Assembly: GCA_965649765.1 (NCBI GenBank) | Contig: OZ287755.1 | Location: 36,518,001-36,582,000, forward strand | Reading direction: 5' to 3' | Length of the DNA: 64,000 bases | From: Bispira polyomma | Lineage: Eukaryota | Part shown: positions 63,293 to 64,000 of the stretch, piece after piece | Position numbering within the stretch: position 1 is the first letter of the stretch | Layout of the letters: each line of letters starts with the position of its first letter | Position numbers and translations under genes: made by a program | The notes under the pieces: generated by a model | The model's input: the letters and a program-made list of their open reading frames with translations, nothing else | The model's database searches: none | Told to the model about the DNA's origin: nothing

Positions 63293-64000
63293 CTGTGAAC
63301 AGATGTGTCAATCGATTGCATTTCTTGCCTTAAGGCTTTAGTAACGTAAACACACAAATACGTTGCTGATAAATCATACTACATTTGCACAAGTTTATTT
63401 TCACCTATATACAGACTAAGGTAGTCTTGTAATGATTCTTTAGTGGTGTTTTTAAGTATTTTTGGTATGCCTACACAATTTAAAACTTCAGTAGTTTGCC
63501 ATAAAGTGATTAAACACCCATACGGTGATTCTTGTATTGTGATGTCACAGAATTTTAAATCTATGTAGGAACGTCATATTTGTAAACAATTCTCACAGTG
63601 AAGCCTTTCTATTGTGACACAATATGAGTATTGATCCAGCATGTATAAAAGCATTATATACAGTAAACAACTTTAGAAAACATGTACATTATTTTGAATG
63701 ATTTACATTTTTAAATAGGTTTTCTTATTTTAAAAAAACAAAGAATACAAAACATATTTCTGTTTAGAAGAGTGTAACTTTAATGTTTTCTAAAATGATC
63801 CCCGATTTTGTGCTTTTATTGAAAAACGAATTCATTCAAAATAATGCTGAAGTCTTGATTTTTCTTGTCATGTACAATACTTCAGTATTGATTCCTTCTT
63901 GGTATTTGAATTGTGTCACATTTGTAAGGCATGTACTTTGAAAATATTAACCATTTTAGTTTAAATTTTACACACCGCTATATGTATTGTATGTCTCACA

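Overview
AT-rich eukaryotic (animal, probably mollusc-like; inference from repeat style) genomic DNA with spliceosomal introns; no prokaryotic features. Positions ~1-44 kb are a dense graveyard of mobile/viral DNA. (i) ~1-12.6 kb ends in a Polinton/Maverick-like terminus (AGTAGT on the minus strand) and holds decayed compact genes: a PC4-like gene and two paralogous LRR-cap/mucin-stalk/TM glycoprotein genes. (ii) ~13.8-43 kb is a nested, all plus-strand cluster of fragments of one LTR-retroelement family: about 10 LTR copies, a tRNA-Ala-like PBS, gag, class-I-fusion env remnants, at least two accessory ORFs (one Cys/His-rich ORF conserved at protein level between divergent subfamilies), a conserved double hairpin, and no canonical PPT. 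Together these look like a complex, retrovirus-like Gypsy element. Positions 44-59 kb carry minisatellites, MITEs, tRNA-derived SINEs, an L2/CR1 fragment and a separate decayed Gypsy gag-pol. Positions 59.8-63.3 kb contain the last three coding exons of a tectonic gene (TCTN2-like, minus strand), with an intronic tandem array of ~8 copies of an exon 3' end plus splice donor. All identifications are by eye, without database searches.
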